From the NCBI GenBank assembly GCA_029259775.1, contig JAJDEN010000020.1:78846-142845 (forward strand): a stretch of 64,000 nucleotides of DNA, in the 5' to 3' direction. The stretch comes from Planctomycetota bacterium (GTDB lineage: Bacteria > Planctomycetota > PLA2 > JAEUHO01). Below the pieces are notes generated by a model, which had not been told where the DNA came from, searched no databases, and saw only the letters and a program-made list of their open reading frames with translations. Each line of letters opens with the position of its first letter. The first letter of the stretch is position 1. Of the stretch, positions 9,799 to 19,600 are shown piece after piece. The position numbers and the translations under genes are program-made.

Positions 9799-10278
9799 AT
9801 GCAAGCGGATGAGCCAGCGGCGAAGAAGAAGGCCGCCAGGAAGTCGGCACCGGTCGCAGCGAACGATGCCGCCAAGCCGAAGCTGCTCTCAGGCGGAAAC
9901 CCTCAAGTCGCGAAGGCCGACGGCGACGCCCCCGTGCAGATCTACATCGCAGCCATGCCGGGCTGGAAACGCGACGTCGGACGTGGCCTCGATGCGCTCA
10001 TCGCGCGCACCGTTCCCAACGTCCGCAAGGCCGTGCGATGGAACACGCCCTTCTATGGCATCGAGGGGCAGGGCTGGTTCCTCGCCTACCACTGCTTCAC
10101 GAAGTACCTCAAGGTGACCTTCTTCCAGGGTACGTCCCTGCGCCCCGTCCCGCCCGTCGCGTCCAAGCAAGAGAACGTGCGCTACCTGCACATCCACGAG
10201 GACGACGAGTTCGACGAGGAACTCGTGACGTGCTGGATTCAACAGGCCTCCGAGCTACCCGGCGAACGGTGCTTCTAG
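9799..10278 (+). CDS. DUF1801 (YdhG-like) domain protein
   Basis: Strong RBS GGAGGGAGG. Conserved YdhG-like core (VRWNTPFYGIEGQGWFLAYHCFTKYLKVTFF). Confidence 0.7.
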   Translation: MQADEPAAKKKAARKSAPVAANDAAKPKLLSGGNPQVAKADGDAPVQIYIAAMPGWKRDVGRGLDALIARTVPNVRKAVRWNTPFYGIEGQGWFLAYHCFTKYLKVTFFQGTSLRPVPPVASKQENVRYLHIHEDDEFDEELVTCWIQQASELPGERCF

Positions 10279-10293
10279 TCGCGGCCACGGAGG

Positions 10294-10986
10294 TCAACCG
10301 GGCTCGCCGAGGGCCGCCCGAAGCAAGGCGAGAAACAGTGGATGCGGCGCACCAGGGCTCGTGGAGAGCTGCGGCTGGTAGAGCGTTCCCACGAAGAACG
10401 GGTGATCTGGACGCTCCACCGCGCGGACGTCTCCGGTGTCGTCTACGGCGGCGATCCTCATCCCGCCCGCCGAAGCGAGTTCGTGAAGGTCCGGCCGTAG
10501 CCCGTAGTCGCATGTGGTCCTCTCGGTCGAGGTCAGGACTCCATGGGCACGCTGGAGCGACGATCCCGGCGTGAGCAAGACTTCGATCTCTCGATCTCGA
10601 AGCGAGCACGCCAGCTTCGTGATCACGGCGTCGCCGCCCTCGCCGTACTCCGCGTGTGACGCATCAGCGTTGCCCAGGATGTTTCGAGCGTGCTCGACCA
10701 GCACATGCTGAAACCCCGCTCAGGTACCAAGGAGAGGCAGGCCACGCTCCCGCGCATGCCGTATGACCGCGTACGCAGCTCCCTCGACGTCATAGGGACT
10801 CCCCGGACCGACGATGACGCCAGACCCCAGACGCCGGGCGTCACCGTCCCACGCGGGCGTGCGGACGACCCTGGGCACGACGGGGATCGACAGCTCCGCG
10901 CCAGCGTGCTCCAAGGCGCGGCATGTGGCCCGATGAAAGTCGTGGTCTGGGCGGAGGTCCATCAGCACCGAGACTTCGATCGTCAT
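10294..10986 (-). CDS. Class I glutamine amidotransferase (CTP-synthase C-domain-like) with an in-frame TGA at 10720-10722 replacing the catalytic Cys; candidate selenoprotein or nonsense pseudogene
   Basis: ORFs 10720..10986 and 10294..10704 share a frame and are separated by one TGA. Read-through gives ...RGLPLLGT-U-AGFQHVLVEHARNILG, against the GATase1 / CTP synthase motif GICLGMQ...EFARNVLG. Confidence 0.55.
10699..10710 (-). other. SECIS-like hairpin candidate (CAGC-AUGU-GCUG) starting 9 nt after the in-frame UGA, nested inside a GUUUC...GAAAC outer pairing
   Basis: Read from the minus-strand mRNA. GU in the apical loop about 16 nt after the UGA. Weak on its own. Confidence 0.2.
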
Positions 10987-11113
10987 CGTGGAATGCTACT
11001 CGACGTCCAGCCGCCAACGAGGGCGACATCGTGCCCGCACGGCGCCAACCCATCGACGCGCAAAACGCAGCCGCGCTCCTCGTTCGGCCGCGGAGACGCC
11101 CTGTCCGAATCAC

Positions 11114-11175
11114 TGCGGCGATCCGTGCGGCGATCCGTGCGGCGATCCGTGCGGCGGCCGTGCGGCGGCCGTGCG
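11114..11175. repeat. Tandem repeat (TGCGGCGATCCG)x3 + (TGCGGCGGCCG)x2 in the 515-nt intergenic region
   Basis: Direct repeats read from the sequence. Lies between the divergent GATase and S41 peptidase genes. Confidence 0.6.
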
Positions 11176-11502
11176 CTCCGGCCACCGCCAAGGTGCGACG
11201 ACGATTCCAACCTCCCCATCCTGGGAAGACGCCTCTCAGGTTTCCCGTACGGAGGGCCTCGCCCATCCGGCGCCTCATGGCTCGGTGATGCGCAAGGGCG
11301 GTGCGCTCGCTGGCGCACGCGGGCTGCAAGGACATCGCGTCGGGCTCCGACGTGGTGCGTCGCGGCCAACCCTCAGCCAACAGACCCGCTGCGGGTCCCC
11401 CTTCCACCTCAACTCGCTGCACGTCGGACGTGAATCCACCCGTGCGGCAATCGTGCCGAACGGAGGGGCGCAGTCCGCGCTGCTGTATCGTCGTTCGACA
11501 TC

Positions 11503-12480
11503 ATGCAGATTCCGGATCTTGTCGCCTGCTTCTTGGACCTCATCGATGCGAACTACGTCTTCCGAGAGAAGGCGGCCGCGATTCGGAATCGGATCGAGGA
11601 GCAGCTCGCAGCAGGGGCGTATGCGTCTCTCGGGCATCCCGCGTTCGCGGAGTCCATGACGGCCGACCTGCGAGCGTGCGCAGACGACCTCCACTTCAAG
11701 GTCATCCACAAGGAAGAACCGCAGCCGCTGCAGGAGACGGCGACAGAGGAAACGCCGGAAGACGTCGCGGAGTTCCGCAGGATCGCCCGATTCAACAACT
11801 ACGGCTGCTGCGAGGTGAAGCGGCTGCACGGCAACGTTGGATACTGGAAGATCGATGAGTTCTATGACCTCATCGACGGCAGTGGTCCCACGTTCGTTGC
11901 CTCGATGAGCATGCTGGCCAACACGGACGCGATCCTCGTTGATGTACGGGACAACTCGGGCGGAGACCCCGCCGCCGTTGCCCTCGCCTGTTCGTTCTTC
12001 TTCGATGTCGAGCCCGTTCTCCTGAACACGCTCGAGGGCAGGAAGCCCGACGCGGCACGCCAGTGGTGGACCCTGGCCCATCTCGAATGCGAGCGCTACC
12101 TGGACAAGGAAGTCTACGTGCTGATCAACAAGGGGACCGCCTCGGCTGCAGAAGAGTTCGCCTATGACCTGCAGGCTCTGGGCCGGGCCACGCTGGTCGG
12201 ACAATGCACCGCTGGTGCCGCCCACATTCGGGAGCAGTATCAAGTGGACGAGCACTTCTTCATAAACATCCCCATCCAGCGCGCCGTGAATCCGACGACG
12301 AGGACCAACTGGGAGGGCCACGGCGTCGCCCCCGACGTGGAGGCCGCGCCGGCGTCAGCGCTCGCTCTCGCGTACGGCATGGCCCTGCGCACGCTCTCCA
12401 AGAAGAGCGGATCGGCCAACGCGGAGCAGGATGAGATCCGACAGGCATTGGAGCAACTGTCCGAGGATGCCGAGAGCTAG
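11503..12480 (+). CDS. S41 family peptidase (C-terminal processing / tail-specific protease-like)
   Basis: ILVDVRDNSGGDPAAVA and VYVLINKGTASAAEEFAYDLQALGRATLVG (catalytic Ser/Lys blocks). The antisense 348-aa ORF is rejected. Confidence 0.8.
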   Translation: MQIPDLVACFLDLIDANYVFREKAAAIRNRIEEQLAAGAYASLGHPAFAESMTADLRACADDLHFKVIHKEEPQPLQETATEETPEDVAEFRRIARFNNYGCCEVKRLHGNVGYWKIDEFYDLIDGSGPTFVASMSMLANTDAILVDVRDNSGGDPAAVALACSFFFDVEPVLLNTLEGRKPDAARQWWTLAHLECERYLDKEVYVLINKGTASAAEEFAYDLQALGRATLVGQCTAGAAHIREQYQVDEHFFINIPIQRAVNPTTRTNWEGHGVAPDVEAAPASALALAYGMALRTLSKKSGSANAEQDEIRQALEQLSEDAES

Positions 12481-12679
12481 CCAAGCTGCCTGAGGGCTCC
12501 CGCCGCACTTCGCACCACGTAGCCGCGACGAGCCTAGGCGCGCGGGCGGTCCGAAGCAGGGCCGGTATTCGCTTGCAAGGCACGCGCTGACCCGCGCCTG
12601 ACCCTGGGCGCCGTCTGTCGAGTGGATCTGCGCCCGCCCATCCGCACCACCGACACCGACGCTCCGGCCTGTCTGCTCG

Positions 12680-13759
12680 TCAAGCTCGGCGACGGCGCGC
12701 AGCGAACAACGAGGCGATGAGACCAACGGCGGTGAGTGGAAGTGCGAACCCGAACAACGCGACGCCGAAGGCATCTCGTAGGGCGTGCCCACTCGCGGCC
12801 AAGACGAGCCATGCGGCGTACGCGGCGTAGTAGGCCAGCAGAACGGCGCCTTCCCAGCGCGTCACGCGATGCCCGGTCATGAACACAGGCAAGCAGGCGA
12901 TCGTGGCCCCAACCAGGACGGGGAAATCGAAACGCAACGCAGCCTCAGGCACCGCGATGCCTCCCTGTGCGACGGCCGTGACGCCGAGCACGCCGAGCAA
13001 GTTGAACAAGTTGGATCCAATGACGTTGCCCACCGCGATGTCGCGCTCGCCCTTGAAGGCGGCAATGACCGACGTCGCGACCTCGGGCAGGGAGGTCCCG
13101 GGCGCCACGATGAGGAGGCCGATGGTCAGCTCGCTCACTCCGAGAGAACGTGCCACTTGCGAAGCACCGGTAACGAACCAGCTCGAACCCAGCACCAGAA
13201 GCCCCAGCGCGGCGAGCGCTACGACGACGTCGAGCCCCCAACGGCGCGTCCTCGTTCCGAACTCGCGGGCATACTCGGTGGCGACCAACTTCGCCTCCCT
13301 CCGACCGCCTCGGATGGCAAGGACCGTGTAGGCGACGAGACCAAGCAGGAGTCCCGCGCCCGCACCAACGCCGATTCGTCCGCTTGCGGAGAGAGCCCAC
13401 GTCACGCCGCTGACGAGGATGAGCAGCGGCACTTCCCTGCGGACGAAGCGTTGGTGGACCAGCAAGGGCGTGATGGTCGCGGAGAGCCCGAGGATGAACA
13501 GCACGTTGAAGATGTTCGATCCGACGACATTGCCGACCGTCAGGCCGGCCAGGCCCGCGTCAGCAGACTGGAAGCTGACCGCCAACTCCGGGGCACTGGT
13601 CCCGAAGGCCACGACGGTCAGCCCGATGACCAGCGGTGAGACGCCGAGCGCGACGGCAAGCCTGCTTGTGCTGCGTACGAGCAAGTGCCCACCTGCTACG
13701 AGCAGGATCAAGCCAGCCGCGACGCGCCCGAGGGTGATGGGGTCCATGCGCGAGAGCAT
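12680..13759 (-). CDS. Ca2+/Na+ antiporter (CaCA / YrbG family)
   Basis: Two alpha-repeats with GTSAPELAVS and GTSLPEVATS. Multi-TM hydrophobic profile. Confidence 0.85.
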   Translation of the reverse strand: MLSRMDPITLGRVAAGLILLVAGGHLLVRSTSRLAVALGVSPLVIGLTVVAFGTSAPELAVSFQSADAGLAGLTVGNVVGSNIFNVLFILGLSATITPLLVHQRFVRREVPLLILVSGVTWALSASGRIGVGAGAGLLLGLVAYTVLAIRGGRREAKLVATEYAREFGTRTRRWGLDVVVALAALGLLVLGSSWFVTGASQVARSLGVSELTIGLLIVAPGTSLPEVATSVIAAFKGERDIAVGNVIGSNLFNLLGVLGVTAVAQGGIAVPEAALRFDFPVLVGATIACLPVFMTGHRVTRWEGAVLLAYYAAYAAWLVLAASGHALRDAFGVALFGFALPLTAVGLIASLFAARRRRA

Positions 13760-14020
13760 AGGCGCAGAGCGGCGGCAAGGCTGGACTCAGACCGCCAGCG
13801 GAACCGCCCACAACGCGCGTCGCTGGCACGGGCGGTCTCCGCTCGCCCCGACCACCCGTACCGGCGACCCAGAGGTCGAGCCTGGTTGCTCACCCTGGGT
13901 CGCTGGTTCTCTTTTTGGATCGGTCGCGCCAGCACCGGCTCTTGGCAGGAGTTGTAGGTCGTGGGTACCTAGCGGCCCCTCGCCCAAGCGTGAGCCGCTC
14001 TCTCTGGGTATGCTGCGGCT

Positions 14021-14209
14021 ATGGAAACGCTCAAGATCGTCCTGGTCATCGGTCTTGGAGCGAGCGCGGTGGCGATCGGTCTGGCCTACCTCATGTCCAT
14101 CTTCCATGGCAGCACCGTGTCGGGCGACGAGATCTTCCGGTACGTCGTCATCAGCTTCGTCGTCACGGCCACTGCGCTGGTGACGGTACGGCGCCGCCTC
14201 AAGAACTGA
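14021..14209 (+). CDS. Small two-TM membrane protein, hypothetical
   Basis: 62-aa hydrophobic ORF immediately upstream of the nucleotidyltransferase-like gene. No homology recognised. Confidence 0.3.
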   Translation: METLKIVLVIGLGASAVAIGLAYLMSIFHGSTVSGDEIFRYVVISFVVTATALVTVRRRLKN

Positions 14210-14263
14210 GTGCTACACGGCGAGTTGCACCTCCCGCAGCGCGCGTCTGGCAGGGAGCCGAAG

Positions 14264-14713
14264 GTGATCAACCCCGACTTCAACGATCTACTGCTCGCTT
14301 TCAACGCCGCTGAGGTGCGCTACTTGGTGGTTGGCGCGTACGCGGTGACGTTCCACGCACAGCCTCGCTTCACCAAGGACCTCGACCTATGGGTAGAGGC
14401 ATCGCCCGAGAACGCGGCCAAGGTGCACTCGGCGCTAACGGCGTTCGGCGCGCCCCTCGCGGACGTCACACCGGGTGAGTTGGCGAACGAGGACATGGTC
14501 TACCAGATCGGCGTTGCGCCGAACCGCATCAACAACCTCATGGGTGTGTCCGGTCTTGGGTTCAGCGAAGCGTGGCCGCAGCGCGTGGAATCCACCTACG
14601 GGGAGTGTCCGATCCACGTGATCTCGCGGCAGGACCTGATCCGCAACAAACGCGCCGCAGGTCGCCCGCAGGATCTTATTGATCTTCGCGCGCTGGGCGA
14701 AGACGTCGGGTAG
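14264..14713 (+). CDS. Nucleotidyltransferase-fold protein (possible TA-system type)
   Basis: GTG at 14264 preceded by AGGGAG. Motifs VVGAYAV...DLDLWV. Start chosen from the RBS. Confidence 0.5.
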   Translation: MINPDFNDLLLAFNAAEVRYLVVGAYAVTFHAQPRFTKDLDLWVEASPENAAKVHSALTAFGAPLADVTPGELANEDMVYQIGVAPNRINNLMGVSGLGFSEAWPQRVESTYGECPIHVISRQDLIRNKRAAGRPQDLIDLRALGEDVG

Positions 14714-14809
14714 TCAGGCCCACTCCTCGACGTCGAGCACGCGCCACGATGACCGGGTGACGCTCTCGAAGCCCAGAACGTAGCGCAGCAGCACGCTCCG
14801 CGCGCTCAC
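14714..14809 (-). pseudogene. Remnant of the 3' end of an alkA-like gene (encodes ...SSWRVLDVEEWA*)
   Basis: DNA and peptide similarity to the C-terminus of the intact gene at 20275..20940 and to the second remnant at 16220..16285 (CTCGACGTCGAGNACGCGCCAC shared). No upstream body. Confidence 0.4.
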
Positions 14810-14819
14810 TGCACCCCCT

Positions 14820-14844
14820 TGCACCCCCGCGCCAAGGGGGTGCA
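14820..14844. other. GC-rich hairpin TGCACCCCC-GCGCCAA-GGGGGTGCA with a duplicated left arm (TGCACCCCC at 14810-14818)
   Basis: Perfect 9-bp inverted repeat read from the sequence. Lies at the junction of alkA remnant 1 and the downstream cassette. Confidence 0.3.
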
Positions 14845-15046
14845 TCTCATGTGCGAAGAACTTGGGGCTGTGGCGCGATGTACCTCGGCGCGGCTACGCG
14901 ATGCGCGTGACGTGCCGAAGGTATCGCTTGAATATTCAGGATGCGGATTCGTCTCGCATCACAGCATTCGCAAGCGCCTGCGGCGGTACTCGCCGTCCGG
15001 CCCCCGCTCGATCATGTAGCCTCCCTCCGCAAGAGAGGCTCACGCC

Positions 15047-16009
15047 ATGATCGACACACCTCGCATCTCCCTGCTCGCTTCCGTCGTGCTCGCCGCTGGT
15101 CTCGTGGTCGGCTGTGTGTGTCCCAGCAAGCGCCCCCCGGCACGCCGCGCCACGTGCCCTATCGCGGACCCCATCCACGAAAAGAGCCCCGCGACCGTGT
15201 CGCTCGCGGGCGTCGTCCGCGACGAGCACGGCGAGCCCATTCCGGCCGCTCGGATCGACGTGGAGGGCCGCCCCGAGACCCTCAAGAGCCCTCCTCCGTG
15301 GTGGACCGACGTGCACGGGCGATTCGAGATCGACGACATTCCCCCGGGCCTCGTGAAGCTGCTCGTAGCTGCCGCCAAGGGCGCGGAGAACAAGGTCGTG
15401 GAGACCCGGACGGGCGTGCGCGACCTCGTGATCGTGCTGGACCCGGGTCCGCAGATGTTCCTGCGTCTCGTCGGCTACGTGCCCGGCGAGCAGGAGCGAT
15501 CGGCGCGTGTGACGTGGATGGAGCCCGATGGCTCACGCAGGGTCCGCTACGCGCCGATCCGCGCCGACGGCTGGGTGCGCTTCGTCGCCTTGCATCCGGA
15601 CCGGGAGTTCGAATTGTGGGCCGAAACCGAGTCCAAGCGGCGGCACGTTCGGGCCCGGGGTCTGAAGCCTGGGCGAAACGAGCAGCGCATCGAGCAACAC
15701 GAAGTCATGGACATCGCCGGGAAGGTACGTGCGTCGAAAGCCTTCATGGAATCGCGGGTCGAGGAAGTCCCAGGGCCGCTTCGTGATCGACTCACCGTGC
15801 ATGTCTCCGCGCAGGCACCTCGGGGCGCGCCGCATTTCGAATTCCGTGTCGCGCGAACGCGGCTGGAACGCGACGGATCCTTCCGCGTTCGTGGCCTTCC
15901 TCCAGGCACGTATGAGGTCGAGGTGGGCACGGGCATGGGCGAGGTCTTCTTGGTCTCCAAGATCGTCGAGGCAGGGACGACGGACGCGATCATCAGTCTC
16001 GATCGGTAG
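15047..16009 (+). CDS. Lipoprotein with carboxypeptidase-regulatory-like (CarbopepD_reg) beta-sandwich domains
   Basis: RBS AGAGAGG. Lipobox LVVGCVC. GVVRDEHGEPIPAARIDVEG...TDVHGRFEIDDIPPG. Confidence 0.6.
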   Translation: MIDTPRISLLASVVLAAGLVVGCVCPSKRPPARRATCPIADPIHEKSPATVSLAGVVRDEHGEPIPAARIDVEGRPETLKSPPPWWTDVHGRFEIDDIPPGLVKLLVAAAKGAENKVVETRTGVRDLVIVLDPGPQMFLRLVGYVPGEQERSARVTWMEPDGSRRVRYAPIRADGWVRFVALHPDREFELWAETESKRRHVRARGLKPGRNEQRIEQHEVMDIAGKVRASKAFMESRVEEVPGPLRDRLTVHVSAQAPRGAPHFEFRVARTRLERDGSFRVRGLPPGTYEVEVGTGMGEVFLVSKIVEAGTTDAIISLDR

Positions 16010-16219
16010 CGCGCGGCCCATGGCGGCCCGTTCTGCCCCCTTCGCACATCCGCGGCTGGGACGGGCCTGGATCGAGTGCGCGTTCTGACCCTTTCCAACG
16101 CCCGTGCTGGTGCTGGTGCTGGTACAGAGAGACCTCACGCCAAGGTGCCCGCATGCTGGCTGCATTGGCTCCATCTCCGTACGAGTAGTCTCGGCTCGCT
16201 GACTCGAACGAGCGAAGCG

Positions 16220-16285
16220 TCAGCGCCAATCCTCGACGTCGAGAACGCGCCACAGATACGAGCGCGCTCTCCGAAGCCGAATTCA
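16220..16285 (-). pseudogene. Remnant of the 3' end of an alkA-like gene (encodes ...RARSYLWRVLDVEDWR*; in-frame stop further upstream)
   Basis: Matches the AlkA C-terminal motif (compare E. coli PWRSYALLHIW) and the other two copies. Confidence 0.4.
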
Positions 16286-16607
16286 ATGCGCCCTGGAGAG
16301 TGAACCGGGCCGTTACTCCCCCACCTAGTCCCGGGGGAGCGGGAGTTGCGGGGGTGTATCGCAGGAGGCGGCGCGTGCTGCGCTTGGCGGGTCCGACGAC
16401 GCACCGCTCGCGGGCATCCGTGCTCCCCCTCGCCATGCTGTCCGGGAGCAGGTGTTGCCCAACGTTGTCGCCCACGCACGCGCTCCGTTGGGGCGGATAC
16501 GGGAGGCGATGTCCTTGCAGCAGCGCCCGGCACAACTTGTCCGTTTGCCTTCTCAGCGCCGTCCGCGTGAAATGCGTTCGGCGATTCCCCGCCTGCTTGA
16601 TGGGTCG

Positions 16608-19600
16608 ATGCGCGTATCGGTGATAGCCCTCGTCTGCTTGCTGTTGCTCCTGGGCCCCGCTGCGGCTGAAGACGAGAAGAAGGAGGAGCCCAAAAAGCCC
16701 GCCCCGGAGATGACCGAGGCCGAGCGCGAGGCGGCGTTGAAGAAGGCGAAGCGACTGAACCAGCGGCTCGTCAGTCTGCACGGGGAAGCCAAGTACGCGC
16801 AGGCCCTGCCGGTGGCGCGCGAGGCTCTCAAGATCCGGGAGAACGCGCTCGGGCCTGAGCACCCCGACGTGGCCTTGTCCCTCTACAACCTGGCCTCGCT
16901 GCTCGATAACCTCCGGCACTACGAAGAGGCGAGGCCGCTCTACGAGCGCGCGCTCAAGATCCGGGAGAAGGCGCTCGGGGCCGAGCACCCCGACGTGGCC
17001 TTGACCCTCAACAACCTGGCCTCGGTGCTCGTTACCCTCAGGCAGTACAAGGAGGCGAGGCCGCTCTTTGAGCGCGCGCTCAAGATCCGGGAGAAGGCGC
17101 TTGGGCTCGAGCATCCCAGGGTGGCCTTGTCCCTCCACAACCTGGCCTCGATGCTCGTTACCCTGCGGCAGTACGAAGAAGCGAGGCCGCTCTATGAGCG
17201 TGCGCTCAAGATCCGGGAGAATGCCTTCGGGCCCGGGCACCCCGACGTGGCCCCGTCCCTCAACAACCTAGCCTCGCTGCTCCTTGACCTCAGGCAGTAC
17301 GAGGAGGCGAGGCCGCTCTTTGAGCGCGCGCTCAAGATCTGGGAGAAGGCGCTTGGGCTCGAGCATCCCAGGGTGGCCTTGTCCCTCAGCAACCTGGCAT
17401 TGCTGCTCCAAAACCTGCGGCAGTTCGAAGAGGCGAGGCCGCTCCATGAGCGCGCGCTCAAGATCCGGGAGAAGGCCTTCGGGCCCGAGCACCCCGACGT
17501 GGCCTCGTCCCTCCACAACCTCGCCTCGCTGCTCAAGACCCTTGGGCAGTACGAAGAGGCGAGGCTCCACTACGAGCGCGCGATCAAGATCCGGGAGAAG
17601 GCGCTCGGGGCCGAGCACCCCAACGTGGCCTCCTCCCTTCACAGTCTGGCCTCGCTGCTCCAGACCCTCGGGCAGTACGAAGAGGCGAGGCTCCTCTACG
17701 AGCGCGCGCTCAAGATCCGGGAGAATGCCTTCGGGCCCGGGCACCCCGACGTGGCCCCGTCCCTCCACAACCTAGCCTCGCTGCTCCTTGACCTCGGGCA
17801 GTACGAAGAGGCGAGCCCGCTCTGCGAGCGCGCGCTCGAGATCTGGGAGAAGGCGCTCGGGCCGGAGCACCCCTACGTGGCCTCGTCCCTCAACAATCTG
17901 GCCTCGGTGCTCCAGGCCCTCGGTCAGTACGAAGAGGCGAGTCTCCACTTAGATAGCGCTCTCAACATCCTGGCGAAGGCGATCGGGCCCGATCACCCCA
18001 CGGTGGCCTCGTCCCTAAACACCCTGGCCTCGCTGCTCAATACCCTCGGGCAGTACCAAGAGGCGAGGCTCCTCTACGAGCGCGCACTCAAGATCCTGGA
18101 GAAGACGCTCGGGCCTGAGCGCCCCAGGTTGGCCTTGTCCCTCAACAACCTGGCCTCGCTGCTCGCTACGCTCAGGCAGTACAAGGAGGCGAGGCCGCTC
18201 TTTGAGCGCGCGCTCAAGATCTGGGAGAAGGCGCTTGGGCTCGAGCATCCCAGGGTGGCCTTGTCCCTCAACAACCTGGCCTGGCTGCTCGGGGACCTCG
18301 GGCGATACGAAGAGGCGAGGCCGCTCTACGAGCGCGCGCTCAAGATCCGAGAGAAGGCGCTCGGGCCCGAGCACCCCGACGTGGCCTCGTCCCTCAACAA
18401 CCTGGCCTCGCTGCTCGGTACCCTCGGGCAGTACAAGGAGGCGAGGCCGCTCTTTGAGCGCGCGCTCGAGATCCGGGAGGAGGCGCTCGGGCCCGAACAC
18501 CCCAAGGTGGCCTGGTCCCTCAACAACCTGGCCTTGCTGCTCGGTAGGCTCGGGCAGTACGAACGAGCGGTGCCCTTGCTGGCGAGGTGTCTCAGAGCAA
18601 CTGAAGGGCGCGTGCGACGTGGCCTCTCCGGACTCCAGACCTCCGAGCGGCTTGGCCTGTTGCATTCCCTGCGTCGCTACTTGGCGACATGGCACCGGGT
18701 TGCGCCACACGTCAGGCGTTCAGGTCTTGCCGAGACCCTGCGTTTCAAGGGGATCCTGTCCCGCGCCATGGTGGCGGAGCGCCGTCTGGCCCGAGGTGCC
18801 AACGCCGAGGTGCTCGCACGCATCGCCGCTCTGCGCGCCGCCGAACGCCAACTCGCCAAGATCGCCAGCTCGCCGCCTTCGTTCCGCGACAAGAAGAAGA
18901 AGGCGAAATGGCAAGAGGCGTACGCGAATGCAGCGACTGAGCGCGAGGAACTCGCCGTTGCATTGGCGAGGGACTTCGCCCCTCTTCGCCAAGGGCTCGA
19001 ACGACTCGACCTCAAGTTGCCGGACATCCAAGCAGCGATCGCCCAGGACGCTGTCCTCGTGGACTACCTACGCTCCGGCGACCAGTACATCGCCTGGGTC
19101 GTGCCGCAGAACGGCGACGTGAAGCGCGTGGACCTGGGCAAGGCGGAGAAGATCGAAGCCGCTTCGGCCGCGTTCGCCGAACAGGCGGCGGATTCCGACG
19201 ACCCCGCTTGGGGCACGGCGGCGAAGGCACTCCGCGACCTGATCTTCAAGCCCATCGAAGCGCACATCGGAAAGAGTGTGACGACACTCAACATCTGTCC
19301 CGACGCCGCGCTTGCCGCCGTCCCCTTTGGGGCGCTGCCTTCGTCAGATGGCAGGACACCCCTTGGTGTTCGGTACACGATCTCCACCCTCTCGATGGCT
19401 CAGGATCTGGTCCCGTGGGAGGGTGCTCCCAAGCCTGGCACCGGAGCACTTCTTCTCGGCGGCGTGGACTACGGCAAGGCGACTGCACCCGAGAAGAACG
19501 GACAACCCCGCGTCTTCGTGGACCGTGCTCCTCGCGGCGGCAAGTACCTTTACCTAGCCGGAACGAAGGCGGAGGTCACGGCCATCAAGCCCGGGCTGGG

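Noticed and set aside
11275-12321. 348-aa minus-strand ORF
   Set aside because: Antisense to the S41 peptidase, which has catalytic blocks.
15993-17240. 415-aa minus-strand ORF over the TPR repeats
   Set aside because: Antisense reading of the repetitive TPR-coding DNA. The + strand gives canonical TPR units and a signal peptide.
16790-18560. CRISPR array?
   Set aside because: The repeats are 126 bp, contiguous without spacers, and in-frame within a TPR protein. No cas genes.
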